Positions 37,201-50,170 of a stretch of 64,000 nucleotides of DNA are shown here, piece after piece (position 1 is the stretch's first letter; every line of letters starts with the position of its first letter). The stretch is from Mobula birostris (lineage: Eukaryota). A program made the translations under genes and the position numbers. The DNA is taken from the NCBI RefSeq assembly GCF_030028105.1, contig NC_092383.1, forward strand, positions 86,013,921-86,077,920, given 5' to 3'. The notes under the pieces are model-generated. The model was not told where the DNA came from. It saw only the letters and a list, made by a program, of their open reading frames with translations, and ran no database searches.

Positions 37201-39075
37201 CATCCTCCCTAAACTGGAACACACTTTTGAAAAGTTAAATTCAGAATTCTATTTCATTGCATAGATGTGACAGCTCATGGGATCACAGCTAATCAGATTG
37301 CACTTCAATTTCAAAATTCAAAGTTCAAAGTACATTTATTATCAAAGATTTGATACCATATACAACCTTGAGATTCACCTCCTTCCAGGTAACCATAAAA
37401 AAAAAGAACACCCAATATACAGAAAAAAAAGCAAATCAAAGTAAGCAAATAACATTTGGAATTGAAATTCACAAAACTGAGGCCACAGCCAAGAAGCCAG
37501 TCATCACTGTAGCCAATTCATGAGCCCGTTACTTGCCAACCACGGCCTCAGTTCAGCATAAAGACACATAAACCTTACTGTGCAGCAAGCTGAACACCAG
37601 CCCATCCCTCGCCTTGGACTGACATTCCTTTAGTGATTAAAAGGGATTTGAAGATTTATTATCCTTGTTGTAATCATGAAATGCAGCAGTCTTGTTCATA
37701 GAAGGAATGGGTTTCCTTCTCATGTCTCAAAGCGAGTGAGGTTTTTTATTCAACAACTAAAAATTCAGTCTCAGCAGTTAGTAATTCACCTGGGCTGCTC
37801 AGATATTCAAAAGCTAGAGATGACCAAAGACAATGAGACCATAAGACATAGGAGGAGAATTAGGCCATTTGGCCCATACAGTCTGCTGCACTATTCCATC
37901 AAGGCTGATTTATTACCCGACTCATTTCTATTCTCCCCGTAATCTTTGATGCCTTTCCTAAACGAGAAACTATTAAGTACGCTTTAAATATGCCCAATGT
38001 CTTGGCCTCAAAAGCCATGTATGGTATTGAATTCTATAGATTCAACACCCTCTGGCTACAGAAATTCCTCCACATCTCTGTTCTAATGTACGGAGTCTGC
38101 ACATCCTCCATGTGGACTGTATGGGGTCTCCCCAAGTGGTCCTGTCTCCTCCCACAGTCCAAAGACATACTCATTAGGAGAATTGCTCTTTGCAGATTGC
38201 CCTGTGATGAGGTTACAGTTAATTGGGTTTGTCGAGAGTTCCTTCGGTGTTGTGGCCCAAAGGGCCGGAAGTGCCTACTTTGTACTCTATCGGTAAATAA
38301 ATAAAATAAAGGGATGTCCTTGCATTCTGAGGCTGATTTTTCAGGCATGTTTTCCCCATAAGGAAACCATATTTGATCATATACCTCCAAATACCCCAAA
38401 ATCCTGTTCTTAATAATAGACTCCCACATCTTCCCAACCACTAAGGTCATGCTAACTGGTCGACAAACTCTTTTCTTTTGCCTCCCTCCTTTCTTAAGCA
38501 GTGGGGTGATACTTCCAATTTTCCAATCCTTTGAACAGTCCAGTCTAGTTATTCTTGAAAGGTCACCACTAATGCTTCCACGATTTCTTTATACAACTCT
38601 TTTAGAAATTTGGGGTGTAGTCCATCTGGTCCAAATGACTCATCAGATCCCTCAGCTTCCCAAGCAATTTCTGTTTAGTAATAACAATGACATTCATCCC
38701 TGCCCTCGACATTGCCAAATTTCTGTCTTTCCCACTAATAATTGCAACATTATAAGTCCTTCCTTTTGCTTTTATGAGAATCAGAAGTCGATATCTAGTC
38801 TAGACTTTTCAAAGTAAAGCCAGAAGTATTAATGGAATATTCTCAATTTGTCCAGATGTGCAAGTCCAACTATGTTTGAGATGCTCCATATCTTCCAGGA
38901 GCAAGTGACAGACTTAACTGTTCACTGCACTTTAGTTCTACCCCATGGATGCTGCAATGTGCAGCTTCTACAAATGCAAAGAAATTCCTTACCCTAACGA
39001 GAATTGTAAGAGCAGCAGTAACAGAGGAACAAAAAGAAATATTTAAATGTATCCTCCCTTAAAATTAGAACTTAC

Positions 39076-39396
39076 TGGTGCCATTGATTTCTGTCACGTA
39101 ACTGCAGATCTCTCCGTTGTTGAAGACTGTCGCATTAACCATTGCACTGGATCTTGCTCCAAGCCAATTCGAGGCACTGCAGTAATATTGCTGGTGTGTG
39201 TGTTTGAAGGATTGACAATGTAGAGTCAGTTCATTGGTATCTGAGATCGTCAGATACCCAGATGAGGTTTGTTCATACCATCTGTAATGAATGGGAAGGG
39301 ATCCCTGGAAGGACTCACAGGAAAGTGACACAGAGCCCCCGAGACGTGAGATATTTGCTGGTGACAGATATCGAAGCACAGGAACAGACACGAGTT
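39076..39396 (-). CDS. Ig C2/I-type exon (FCRL-like), 321 nt, phase 1->1, intact
   Basis: tttcccacag|AA CTC...ACC A|gtaagt; VSVPVL...GGSVSLSCES.QGSLPIHYRWY...QYYCSASNWLG..SS. Confidence 0.9.
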
Positions 39397-39454
39397 CTGT
39401 GGGAAACAATTAAACATTCAGACATTGAATGAACATCAGAAAATCAGACACTCT

Positions 39455-39995
39455 TCTGCCACTTTATTAGGTACAAATATTAACCTGATCATTAATGCAA
39501 ATATCTAATTAGTCAATCAGACCATCAGCAACTCAGCCCATCAAAGTATGCAGAAATATTCAAGAGTTTCAGTCAATGTTCAGGCCAAACATCAGAATGC
39601 AGAAGTAATATGATCTAAGTGCCTTTGACCATGAAATTATTGTTGGTGCCAGACAGGGTCATAAGTATGTGAGGAACTACTAACCTCCTGGGATTTTCAC
39701 ACACAACTGTCTCTAGAGTTTACTGAGAATGGTACGAACAACATGAAAAACATCCAGGAAGCAGCAGTTCTGTGAACAAAGTGCCTTGTTAATGAGAGAG
39801 ATCAGAGGAGAATGGCCAGGCAGGTTCATGCTGACAGAAAGGTGACAGGAATTCAAATAACCGTGGGTTATGACAGCGGTGTGCTAAAGAGCATCTGAAG
39901 GTACAACACGTCAAAGCTCGAAGTGGATGAGCCACAGAAGCAAGAGACCATGAACATACACTCAGTGGCCACTCTGTTATGTACAAGAGGTTTAA
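39455..39995 (+). mobile_element. Tc1/mariner deletion derivative retaining the N-terminal HTH region
   Basis: gccactttattaggtac ends; degenerate DLSAFDHEIIVGAR...LLGFSHTTVSRV; paralogs at 17.1, 55.55 and 59.7 kb. Confidence 0.7.
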
Positions 39996-40200
39996 AGGCA
40001 GCAACTTGTGAGATATCTGTCGCAAGTTTGGTGGCTTTCAGGAGAGAATGAAATTTTGACTGGGTTCAGTGACCTGCCGTATAGAGGGAAACATTTGGCA
40101 TTATATTAATGCAGAGATAGTGAGGGGTGGACAGGGTCTGGATAAAGATCATGAGACATTTATTTTATGAAAGGCACAAATCAATCAATGAGAAACCTAC

Positions 40201-40521
40201 CATCATTTACTTTTAGTTCTAAATTAAATCTTGAATCGACACCTGTTGTTTCAATTCCACAGCTGTACCATCCTGAATCTCCAGAGTGAAGATCTTCCAT
40301 AGTAACAGTAAATATTCTCTGTTCCGGGTTATCTGTGATTGACACTCGTCCACTCCGTCTGTGCTGCCCATTTGTTTCCACTAAAACTGAACAATGGAGA
40401 GTCCATCCATGGCACCAATACTTTGTGTGTGAGCGGTACTTTTCTTCATAGAGACAATCGATTGTGATCGCTCTTCCCACAACTCCTCTTACATGTTTCT
40501 CTGCCCACAATGCACCTGAAA
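40201..40521 (-). CDS. Ig V-set exon V1 (CD300/pIgR-like), 321 nt, phase 1->1
   Basis: ctccctcag|TT TCA GGT...GAT G|gtaggt; AITIDC...TKYWCHGWTLHC...RIFTVTMEDL.SGDSGWYSCG, with the extra C-C' cysteine pair typical of CD300/pIgR/TREM domains. Confidence 0.93.
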
Positions 40522-40887
40522 CTGAGGGAGGCATTTTCAGATTTGAGGGAAAAGAACAACTTAATGCAACAATTATTTTTGAACATGACGGTAAAAACAG
40601 GTGCTGGTCACGTACAGCATGTGGTCCATGACACCACAGCCAATGATTTTGGTCTGAGGTGCAGTCAGTGCTGTTACTGTGTCAGCTGTGTCAGTGCTCT
40701 CTCCCCTGTGTCAGTACATTGTGGGTTCACTTCCCACTCCAGAGTCCTGAGCAGAAACCCAGGGCTGATCTTCCAGTGCAGTACTGAGGGAGAGCAGTAG
40801 TGTTGAACTTTCAATTACACAGATTATGTCGGCCTTTGAAATGTCCACAGAGGTCCCAGCTGTTTCATCTAACATGCTCCCAATTTT

Positions 40888-40906
40888 GTGTGTGTGTGTG
40901 TGTGTG
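40888..40906. repeat. (TG)n microsatellite
   Basis: Read directly from the sequence. Confidence 0.95.
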
Positions 40907-41844
40907 TATGTCTGTGTGTTCAGACAAGTTTATAAACTGCAGAAAGGGACCCCTCATGATGTCTGAAACTGTGCCCTCTGGATCTGAAGCAAATTGTAAA
41001 TATTGTACCTATCAAGTAGTTCTATGTGTAGTTAGAAAATGGTGCAACAGTGGTCATTAGTACTTTAGTGTTTAGAAATCCAGGTGTGATTTCAATAACT
41101 GTTGGGATACTTTGCGTGCTAAAATCCAATTTATTATTTCTGGAATTTAAAAAACAAGTATCAATAATAATAATGATGAACTGCCAGAGTGTCAAAATCC
41201 CATCTGGATTGTAAAGGCTTTTAGGGAGAGAAATCTCTCATCCCTACCACCCTGGTTTACCTTAGACTCCAGATCTGATAACATCCTCTGCCAGCTGCAC
41301 CACTGAAGTCGCCCAGGAAGAATTCTGATTTCAGGACAATAATGTCGATTGTCATAGTGATCCCTGCAGAGTGAGATCAGATTCCAGTAACGGTAGACCT
41401 GAAGTCCTCGCTTAACAGGTTCCAGGAGATTTCTCCAGCTGGATATATTCTCCCCGCATCTGGCTCTACGCTATTCCTCTTTTCTCCTTATCTGCTTCCA
41501 CCTCTCCCCCACCTCCAAACTCTATCCCTTTTCCACCCCATTCCAATTGCCTGTACTGCTTCACTATTCCTCAGCACCGACCCAGTTTCACGCCTCCCCC
41601 TTTCCTATTTACACCCTCTCCCTCACCAGTCACATGTGATGCAGGGTCTCGACCCAAACCATTGATATTTCCCCTCCCTCTGACAGATGCTGCTGGACAC
41701 ATTGAGTTTCTCGAGGCGTGTACTCTGAACTCCAGTTTCCGACATCTTTAGTGTCTACAGGTGTTCAAGCATTGTTGCGGAAACGTTGTATGACCCCCAA
41801 TCCAACACTGATTATGCTGTTGTCCAGTGCTGTCTGTAACTCAC

Positions 41845-41884
41845 CAGGTAGGAAACCAATCAGAAGAATCAATGTCCACATCAT
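41845..41884 (-). CDS. Leader (signal peptide) exon of the inhibitory receptor
   Basis: ATG ATG TGG ACA TTG...CCT G|gtgagt; MMWTLILLIGFLP, then G|TT = V-SGALWA with the V exon. Confidence 0.85.
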
Positions 41885-42838
41885 TTTAATCACAGAGACA
41901 CAGGCAGGACCTGTCTGTCCTCAGAGAGAAATGACTGAAGTAAAAATAAGGAAGAAGGCAACGGGAAGTTTGATCAAAAAAACTACAGTAACACAATCTG
42001 AAAATCTCTTAGTTATATTTAGCAGGACAGAAACATGTAAACAATTCTCAAAGACTGAAGGAAATGCTGAGACGTGTCAAAAGATTATACACAAGCAACA
42101 GTAAATGTTCTGATCTGAAGTCAAAATAAATGACTAGAGGTGTCCTGAAGCAGGGGATTAATCTGAAATGTTGATCACTTGACTCCTGAAGTTCAATTTA
42201 TTTTTTGCATGATTTATAATGTCAGCTGTGGTGTGTCATTAGGGAGAGTGTTAATGGTGAAAAGTTAATGATGGAAAGAGAAAGAGCCCATGTTGAGTGT
42301 TGTGAGTGTGAGGAGAATGTTTGATGGCTGTGGGCCTGTACTCACTGGAGAGTAGAAGAATGAGGGGGAGAGGGGGAATCGTATTCAGACCTATTGAATA
42401 TTGGAAGGACAAGAGAGAGTGGATGTGGAGAGGACGTTTCCTGTGATGGGGAGTTCTAAGATCGGAGGGCAGTGCCTCTGAATACAAGCACATTCCTTTG
42501 GAACTCAGGGCATACCCTTTTCTCATTGTTACCATCAGTTAGGAGAGACAGCAGCCTGAAGGCACACGCTCAGCGATTCAGGAACAGCATGTTCCCCTCT
42601 GCCATCTGATTCGTAAATGGACATTGAACCCTTGAACACTACCTCACTTATTAAATATATATTATTTCTGTTTTTGCATGATGTTTAATCTATTCAATAT
42701 ACGTATACTGTAATTTATTTATTTATTTATTATTATTTCTCTTCCATATTATATGTTGAATTGAACTGCAACTGCTAAGTTAACAAATTTCATGACACCT
42801 GCCGGTAATAATAAACATGATTCTCATTCTGATTCTGA

Positions 42839-45800
42839 TAGAACATAGAACATAGAATAGTACAGCACAGTACAGGCCCTTCGGCCCACAATGTTGTAGT
42901 GACCCTCAAACTCTGCCTCCCATATAAGCCCCCACCTTAAATTCCTCCATATACCTGTCTAGTAGTCTCTTAAACTTCAATAGTGTATCTGCCTCCACCA
43001 CTGACTCAGGCAGTGCATTCCATGCACCAACCACTCTCTGAGTATAAAACCTTCCTCTAATATCCCCCTTGAACTTCCTACCCCTTACCTTAAAGCCATG
43101 TCCTCTTGTAGTGAGCAGTGGTGCCCTGGGGAAGAGGCGCTGACTATCTACTCTATCTATTCCTCTTATTAGCTTGTACACCTCTATCATGTCTCCTCTC
43201 ATCCTCCTTCTCTCTAATGAGTAAAGCCGTAGCTCCCTTAATCTCTGATCATAATGCATAGTCTCTGAACCAGGCAGCATTCTGGTAAATCTCCTCTGTA
43301 CCCTTTCCAATGCTTCCACATCCTTCCTTTAGTGAGGTGACCAGAAATGGACACTGTACTCCAAGTGTGGCCTAACCAGAGTTTTATAGAGCTGCATCAT
43401 TACATCGCGACTCTTAAACTCTATCCCTCGACTTATGAAAGCTAACACCCCATAAGCTTTCTTACCTTATCCACCTGTGAGGCAACTTGCAGGGATCTGT
43501 GGACATGTACTCCCAGATCCCTCTGCTCCTCCACACTACCAAGTATCCTGCCATTTACTTTGTACTCTGCCTTGGAGTTTGTCCTTCCAAAGTGTACCAC
43601 CTCACGCTTCTCCGGGTTGAACTCCATCTGCCACTTCTCAGCCCACTTCTGCATCCTATCAATGTCTCTCTGCAATCTTTGACAATCCTCTACACTATCT
43701 ACAACACCACCAACCTTTGTGTCGTCTGCAAACTTGCCAACCCACCCTTCTACCCCCACATCCAGGTCATTAATAAAAATCACAAAAAGTAGAAATCCCA
43801 GAACAGATCCTTGTGGGACAACACTAGTCACAATCCTCCAATCTGAATGTACTCCTTCCTTTTTTTTTCAATCTTTTTATTAATTTCAAAATATAGAAAC
43901 AAAACATAGCAATAATATAAATAATATGAGATGTATTGTTACATTTAAAAAAAGAGTAATTGCAAAACCAAATAGTGGAAATTACCAAAACTCCCATACA
44001 TGTAGAACTGATCACGGATAATATAAAGCAAAAAAAAAAGGAGAAAGACAAAAAAAAGAAAAAAAAAACCCATCCCAAAAGAAAAAAAAACTAAACTAAA
44101 CTAAAAGACTTGGGCAAAACTAACAACTTAAAAATGGAAAAGAAGAAAACCTCAGCGTCGACGCCTCCACTCCCCTCCAACAACAGTACAGAGAAATAAA
44201 ACCAGTTTGGAAATGATCAAATTACATCAAATGAAAATGCTGAATAAATGGCCTCCAAATTTTTTCAAACTTAATAGAAGGGTCATAAACTGCACTTCTA
44301 ATTTTCTCCAAATTCAGACACACCATAGTTTGTGAAAACCAATGAAATACTGTAGGAGGGTTGATCTCTTTCCAATTCAACAAGATGGACCTTCTAGCTA
44401 TTAAAGTAAGAAATGCAATCATCCTTCGTGATGAAGAGGTTAAATTATTTGAGTCTATCATTGGTAATCCAAAGATAGCAGTAATTGGATGAGGTTGTAA
44501 GTCTAGATTTAGGACCGTTGAAATAATATCAAAAATATCTTTCCAATATTTCTCCAACAAGGGACATGACCAAAACATGTGAGTTAAAGAAGCAATCTCA
44601 GACTGGCATCTGTCACATATTGGATTAATATAAGAGTAATAATGAGATAGTTTATCTTTGGACATATGAGCCCTGTGAACTACTTTAAACTGTATCAACC
44701 TATGCTTAGCACATACAGAGGATGAATTCACCAACTGAAGAATTTTTTCCCATTTTTCAGTCAGTATATTAATCTCAAGTTCTCTTTCCCAGTCAGCTTT
44801 AATTTTATTAGAGGCATCAGGACATAAATTCATAATTATATTATAATTATGAATGCTATTACACCTTTGCTATTGCTATTACACCTTTCTGAGAAAGATT
44901 TAAGTCTAAGATTTTTTCCAAAGTGTCCATTGGATATGGGTGTGGAAAATTAGGAGAGACAGTAATTAAAAAGTTTCTAATCTGTAAATATCTAAAAAAG
45001 TGAGATCTGGGTAAGTTGTATTTATTAGAAAGTTGATCAAAAGACATAAAACAGTTATCCAAAAATAAATCGCGAAAAGATATTATACCTTTGGTTTTCC
45101 AATCAAAGTAAGCTTGATCCATCATGGAAGGTTGAAAAAGAAAATTTGATATAATGGGACTTGCTGGAATGAATTGATTAAACCCAAAAAATCTTCAGAA
45201 TTGAAACCATATACGTAAAGTATGTTTAACTATTGGGTTATTCATTTGTTTATATGATTTAAAAGAAGTAAAAGGAAGTAAAGTTCCTAAAACCGAACCC
45301 AAGGAAAACCCTTGTAATGAATTAGATTCAAGATTTACCCAATGAGGGTTTAAAGATGCGTCCAAATCTTGTAGCCAAAATTTTAAATATCGAATATTAA
45401 TTGCCCAATAATAGAATCTAAAATTTGGGAGGGCAAGTCCCCCCTCCTTCTTGTATTTCTGTAAATATCTTTTACCTAACCTAGGATTTTTATTCTGCCA
45501 AATATATGAGGAAATTTTTGAATCCACGTTATCAAAAAAGATTTTGGGATAAAAATTGGAACCGATTGAAATATATACAAAAATTTAGGCAAAATGATCA
45601 TCTTAATAGCGTTAATCCGACCAATCAAAGACAAAGAGATTGGGGACCATTTGGTAAATAAAAGTTTAATCTGATCAATTAAAGGTAAAAAATTAGCTTT
45701 AAATAAATCTTTATATTTTTTGGTAATTGTTATCCCTAAGTATATAAATGAATCAGCAACCAATTTAAATGGTAAACGTCCATAAATAGGTACATGCTTA

Positions 45801-48800
45801 TTTAAAGGGAATAATTCACTCTTACTAAGATTCAATTTGTAACCAGAAAAGTTACTAAATTGAGCTAACAGATCTAAGATAGCAGGAATTGACTTCTCCG
45901 GGTTAGAGATGTATAACAACAAATCATCTGCATATAATGATAGTTTATGTATTTCATTTCCACGGGTAATACCAACAATATTTGGCGAGTCACGGATAGC
46001 AATTGCTAAAGGTTCAAGAGCAATATTAAATAGTAAAGGACTAAGAGGGCAACCTTGCCTAGTACCACGAAAAAGACGAAAAAAAGGAGATCTATAATTA
46101 TTTGTACAGACCGAGGCTACTGGGGAGTAATATAACAATTTAATCCAAGATATAAATGTCAAATTAAAATTAAATTTCTCAAGAATATTAAATAAATAAG
46201 GCCATTCAACTCTGTCAAAGGCTTTCTCAGCATCTAATGAGATAATACATTCCGGGGTAGTAAGTGAGGGGGTATAAACAATATTCATTAACCTCCTAAT
46301 ATTAAAAGATGAATAGCGATTTTTGATGAATCCGGTTTGATCCATGGAAATAATTTGAGGTAACACCTTCTCCAGTCTAGTAGCTAGAATTTTTGAAAAA
46401 ATTTTGGAATCTACATTCAGAAGAGAAATCGGTCTATAGGATGCACAATCCGTAGGATCTTTATTCTTTTTAAGAATTAAGGAAATAGAGGCTTCATAAA
46501 ATGATTGTGGTAATTTACCTAAACTAATTGCTTCCTTAAATATTCTAGACAACTTAGAAGAAAGAATGGAGGAAAAAAATTTTAAAAATTCCACTGTAAA
46601 CCCATCGGGACCGGGTGCTTTACCGGAATTTAATGATGAGATTGCAGTTATTATTTCTTCCTCTGAAATGGAAGTTTCTAATGATAGGCAATCTTCGGGA
46701 GATAGTTTCGGAAAACTCAATTTACTTAAAAAATCATGCATGAAATTAGAATCATGAGGAAAATCAGAATGATATAAAGAGGTATAAAATTCTTGAAAGG
46801 TTTGGTTTATTCCAACATGATCAACTGTGAAAGTATCATCCTGTTTGCGGATCTTAGTAATTTGACGTTTAACCGAATCAAATTTCAATTGGTTAGCCAG
46901 TAATTTACCCGATTTATCACTATGAATATAAAAATCACTTCTAGTTCTCATTAATTGATTTTCGATCAAGGATGTTAATAATAAGCTATGTTCCAATTGG
47001 AGTTCAACTCTGTGTTTGTACAGCTCCTTGCTAGGAGAAATAGCATATTTTTTATCAACTTCTTTAATTTTATCAACCAGTAGAAGTATTTCATTGTTAA
47101 TACGTCTTTTCAAACCGGCCGAATAGGAAATAACCTGACCACGGATATAAGCTTTAAAGGCGTCCCAAACAGTTCTGTTGGAAACTTCATCCGTAGTATT
47201 AGTTGAAAAGAAGAAATCAATCTGCTCCTTTATAAATTTGACAAAGTCCTGATCTTGAAGCAAAATAGGGTTAAATCGCCATTGTCTGGTAGTACAAAAG
47301 GTATCCATTAACTTGATGGAAAGTTTCAATGGAGCATGATCTGAAATAGCAATAATGTCATAATTACAATCAACTACATATGGAATCAAACGAGAGTCAA
47401 TCAGGAAATAATCAATTCAAGAAAAAGAACGGTGACCATGTGAAAAAAAGGAGAATTCCTTATCATTTGGATGTAGAAATCTCCAAATTTCTGAAATCCC
47501 AGCATCCAACATAAAAGAGTTGATAATAGTAGCCGACTTATTCGGTAAAGCCGGACTACTTGTGGATCTATCCAACATGGGATTCAAACATAAATTAAAA
47601 TCACCGCCCATTATCAACATATACTCGTTTAAATTAGGAAGGGAAGTAAGTAAATGTTTAAAGAATTCAGGATAATCCACATTCGGAGCGTAAACATTAA
47701 CCATAGCGACCTTTTTATTAAAAAGTACCCCCGTAATTAACAGAAATCTGCCATTAGGATCTGAAATGATGTCTTGATGAATGAATGTAATTGAGGGATC
47801 AATAAGAATTGAAACGCCTTTAATTTTGGCTTGAGCATTTGAATGGTATTGTTGACCTTTCCAAAACTTAAAGAAGCGTTGACTGTCCTCTTTCCTTACA
47901 TGAGTCTCTTGAGCAAAGATAATATGAGCATTCAGTCTTTGGAATATTTTGAAAATCTTTTTCCGTTTTATTGGATGGTTTAAACCATTTGTATTCCAAG
48001 AGACAAAATTAATAGAATGAGCCATAACTAAAATGTACTCCTTCCACCACGACCCTATGCCTTCTGCAGCCAAGCCAATTCTGAATCCACCTGGCCAAAC
48101 TTCCCCGGATCCCATGCCTTCTGACTTTCTGAATAAGCCTACTGTGTGGAACCTTGTCAAATGCCTTACTAAAATCCCTATAGATCACATCCACTGCTAC
48201 CCTCATCTTATGCTTGGTCACCTCCTCAAAAAACCCTATCAGGCTTGTTAGACATGATCTGCCTTTCACAAAGCCATGCTGACTGTCCCTGATCAGACCA
48301 TGATTCTCTAAATGCCCAGAGATCCTATCTCTAATAATCTTTTCCAACAGCTTTCCCACCACAGATGTAAGGCTCACTGGTCTATAATTACACAGACTAT
48401 CCCTACTACCTTTTTTGAACGAGGGGACAACATTCGCCCCCCCCCCGCCCCAATCCTCCGGTACCCTTTGCGTGGACAATGAGGACATAAAGATCCTAGC
48501 CAGAGGCTCAGCAATCTCGTGGAGCAGCCTGGGGAATATTCCATCAGGCCCCGGGGACTTATACGTCCGAATGTATTTTAACAAATCCAACACCTCCTCT
48601 CCCTTAATATCAACATGTTCCAGAACATCAACCTCACTCATATTGTCCTTACCATCATCGAGTTTCCTCTCATTGGTGAATACGGAAGAGAAGTATTCAT
48701 TGAGGACTTCACTCACTTCCATAGCCTCCAGGCACATCTTCCCACCTTTATCTCTAATCGGTCCTAACTTCACTCCTGCCATCCTTTTTTTCTTCACATA

Positions 48801-50170
48801 ATTGAAGAATGCCTTGGGATTTTCCTTTACCCTACTTGCCAAGGCCTTCTCCTGCCCCCTTCTTGCTCTTCTCAGCCCCTTCTTAAGCTCCTTTCTTGCT
48901 TCCCTATATTCCTCAATAGACCCATCTGATCCTTGCTTCCTAAACCTCATGTATGCTGCCTTCTTCCAACTGACTAGATTTTCCACCTCACTTATCACCC
49001 ATGGTTCCTTCACCCTACCATTCTTTATCCTCTTCACCGGGACAAACTTATCCCTAACATCCCGCAAGAGATCTCTAAACATCAACCACATGTCCATAGT
49101 ACATTTCCCTGCAAAAACATCATCCCAAATCATACCCGCAAGTTCTAGCCATATAGCCTCATAATTTACCCTTCCCCAATTAAAAATGTTCCTGTCCTCT
49201 CTGATTCTATCCTTTTCCATGGTAATGCTAAAGGCCAGGGAGTGGTGGTCACTGTCCCCCAGATGCTCACCCACTGAGAGATCTGTGACCTGACCCGGTT
49301 CATTAGCTAGTACTAGATCGAGTATGGCATTCTCCCTAGTCGACCTGTTCACATACTGAGACAGGAATCTGTCCTGGACACACTTAACAAACTCTGCCCC
49401 ATCTAAACCCTTGGAACTAATCAGGTGCCAATCAATATTAGGGAAGTTAAAGTCACCCATGATAACAACCCTGTTATTTTTGTACCTTTCCAAAATCTGC
49501 CTCCCAATCTGCTCCTCTGTATCTTTGCTGCTACCAGGGTGCTATAGAATACCCCCAGTAGAGTAACTGCTCCCTTCTTGTTCCTGACTTCCACCCATAC
49601 CGACTCAAAAGAGGATCCTGCTACATTACCCACCCTTTCTGTATCTGTAATAGTATCCCTGACCAGTAATGCCACCCCTTCTCCCCTTTTTCCGCCCTTT
49701 CTATCCCTTTTAAAGCATTGAAATCCAGGAATATTGAGAATCCATTCCTGCCCTGGTGCCAGCCAAGTCTCTGTAAGGGCCACTACATCATAATTCCATG
49801 TATGTATCCAAGCTCTCAGTTCATCACCTTTGTTCCTGATGCTTCTTGCATTGAGGTACACACACTTCAGCCCTTCTACCTTACTACCTTTACACCGTTT
49901 ATTCTGCTTCTCTTTCCTTAAAGCCTCTCTATATGTTAGATCTGGCTTTACTCCATGCACTTCTTTCACTGCTCTGCCGCTCCGGGTCCCATCCCCCTTG
50001 CAAATTAGTTTAAACCCTCCCGAACCATGCTAGCAAACCTACCTGCAAGGATATTGCTCCCTCTCGAGTTCAGGTGCAACCCATCCAATCTGTACAGGTC
50101 CCACCTTCCCCAGAAGAGATCCCAATGATCCAAAAATCTAATACCCTTCCCTCTGCACCAACTCCTCAGC
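42839..50170 (-). mobile_element. CR1 LINE (ORF1 3' end, ORF2, 3'UTR), split by an L1 insertion
   Basis: Same subfamily as 10044-14317 (MKEVHGVKPDLTYREALRKEKQNK); segments 42839-43859 and 48046-50170. Confidence 0.93.
43860..48031 (-). mobile_element. L1-clade LINE, complete ORF2 region (about four frameshifts) with 3'UTR and poly(A); no ORF1
   Basis: MAHSINFVSWNTNGL (ATG at 48025), FAQETH, GGDFN, ISDHAP; SLDAEKAFDRVEW, GTRQGCPLSP, LYADD; CDRC...HMFWSC; 14-bp TSD aatgtactccttcc at 43846-43859 and 48032-48045. Confidence 0.95.

Noticed and set aside
38880-38967. Possible linker exon after the intact C2 exon
   Set aside because: The acceptor is plausible, but there is no good donor and no similarity to the 67-nt linker exon.
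47417-48160. 247-aa ORF as a novel fusion protein
   Set aside because: The N-terminal 45 aa are out-of-frame CR1 sequence read across the insertion junction; the real start is the L1 ORF2 ATG at 48025.
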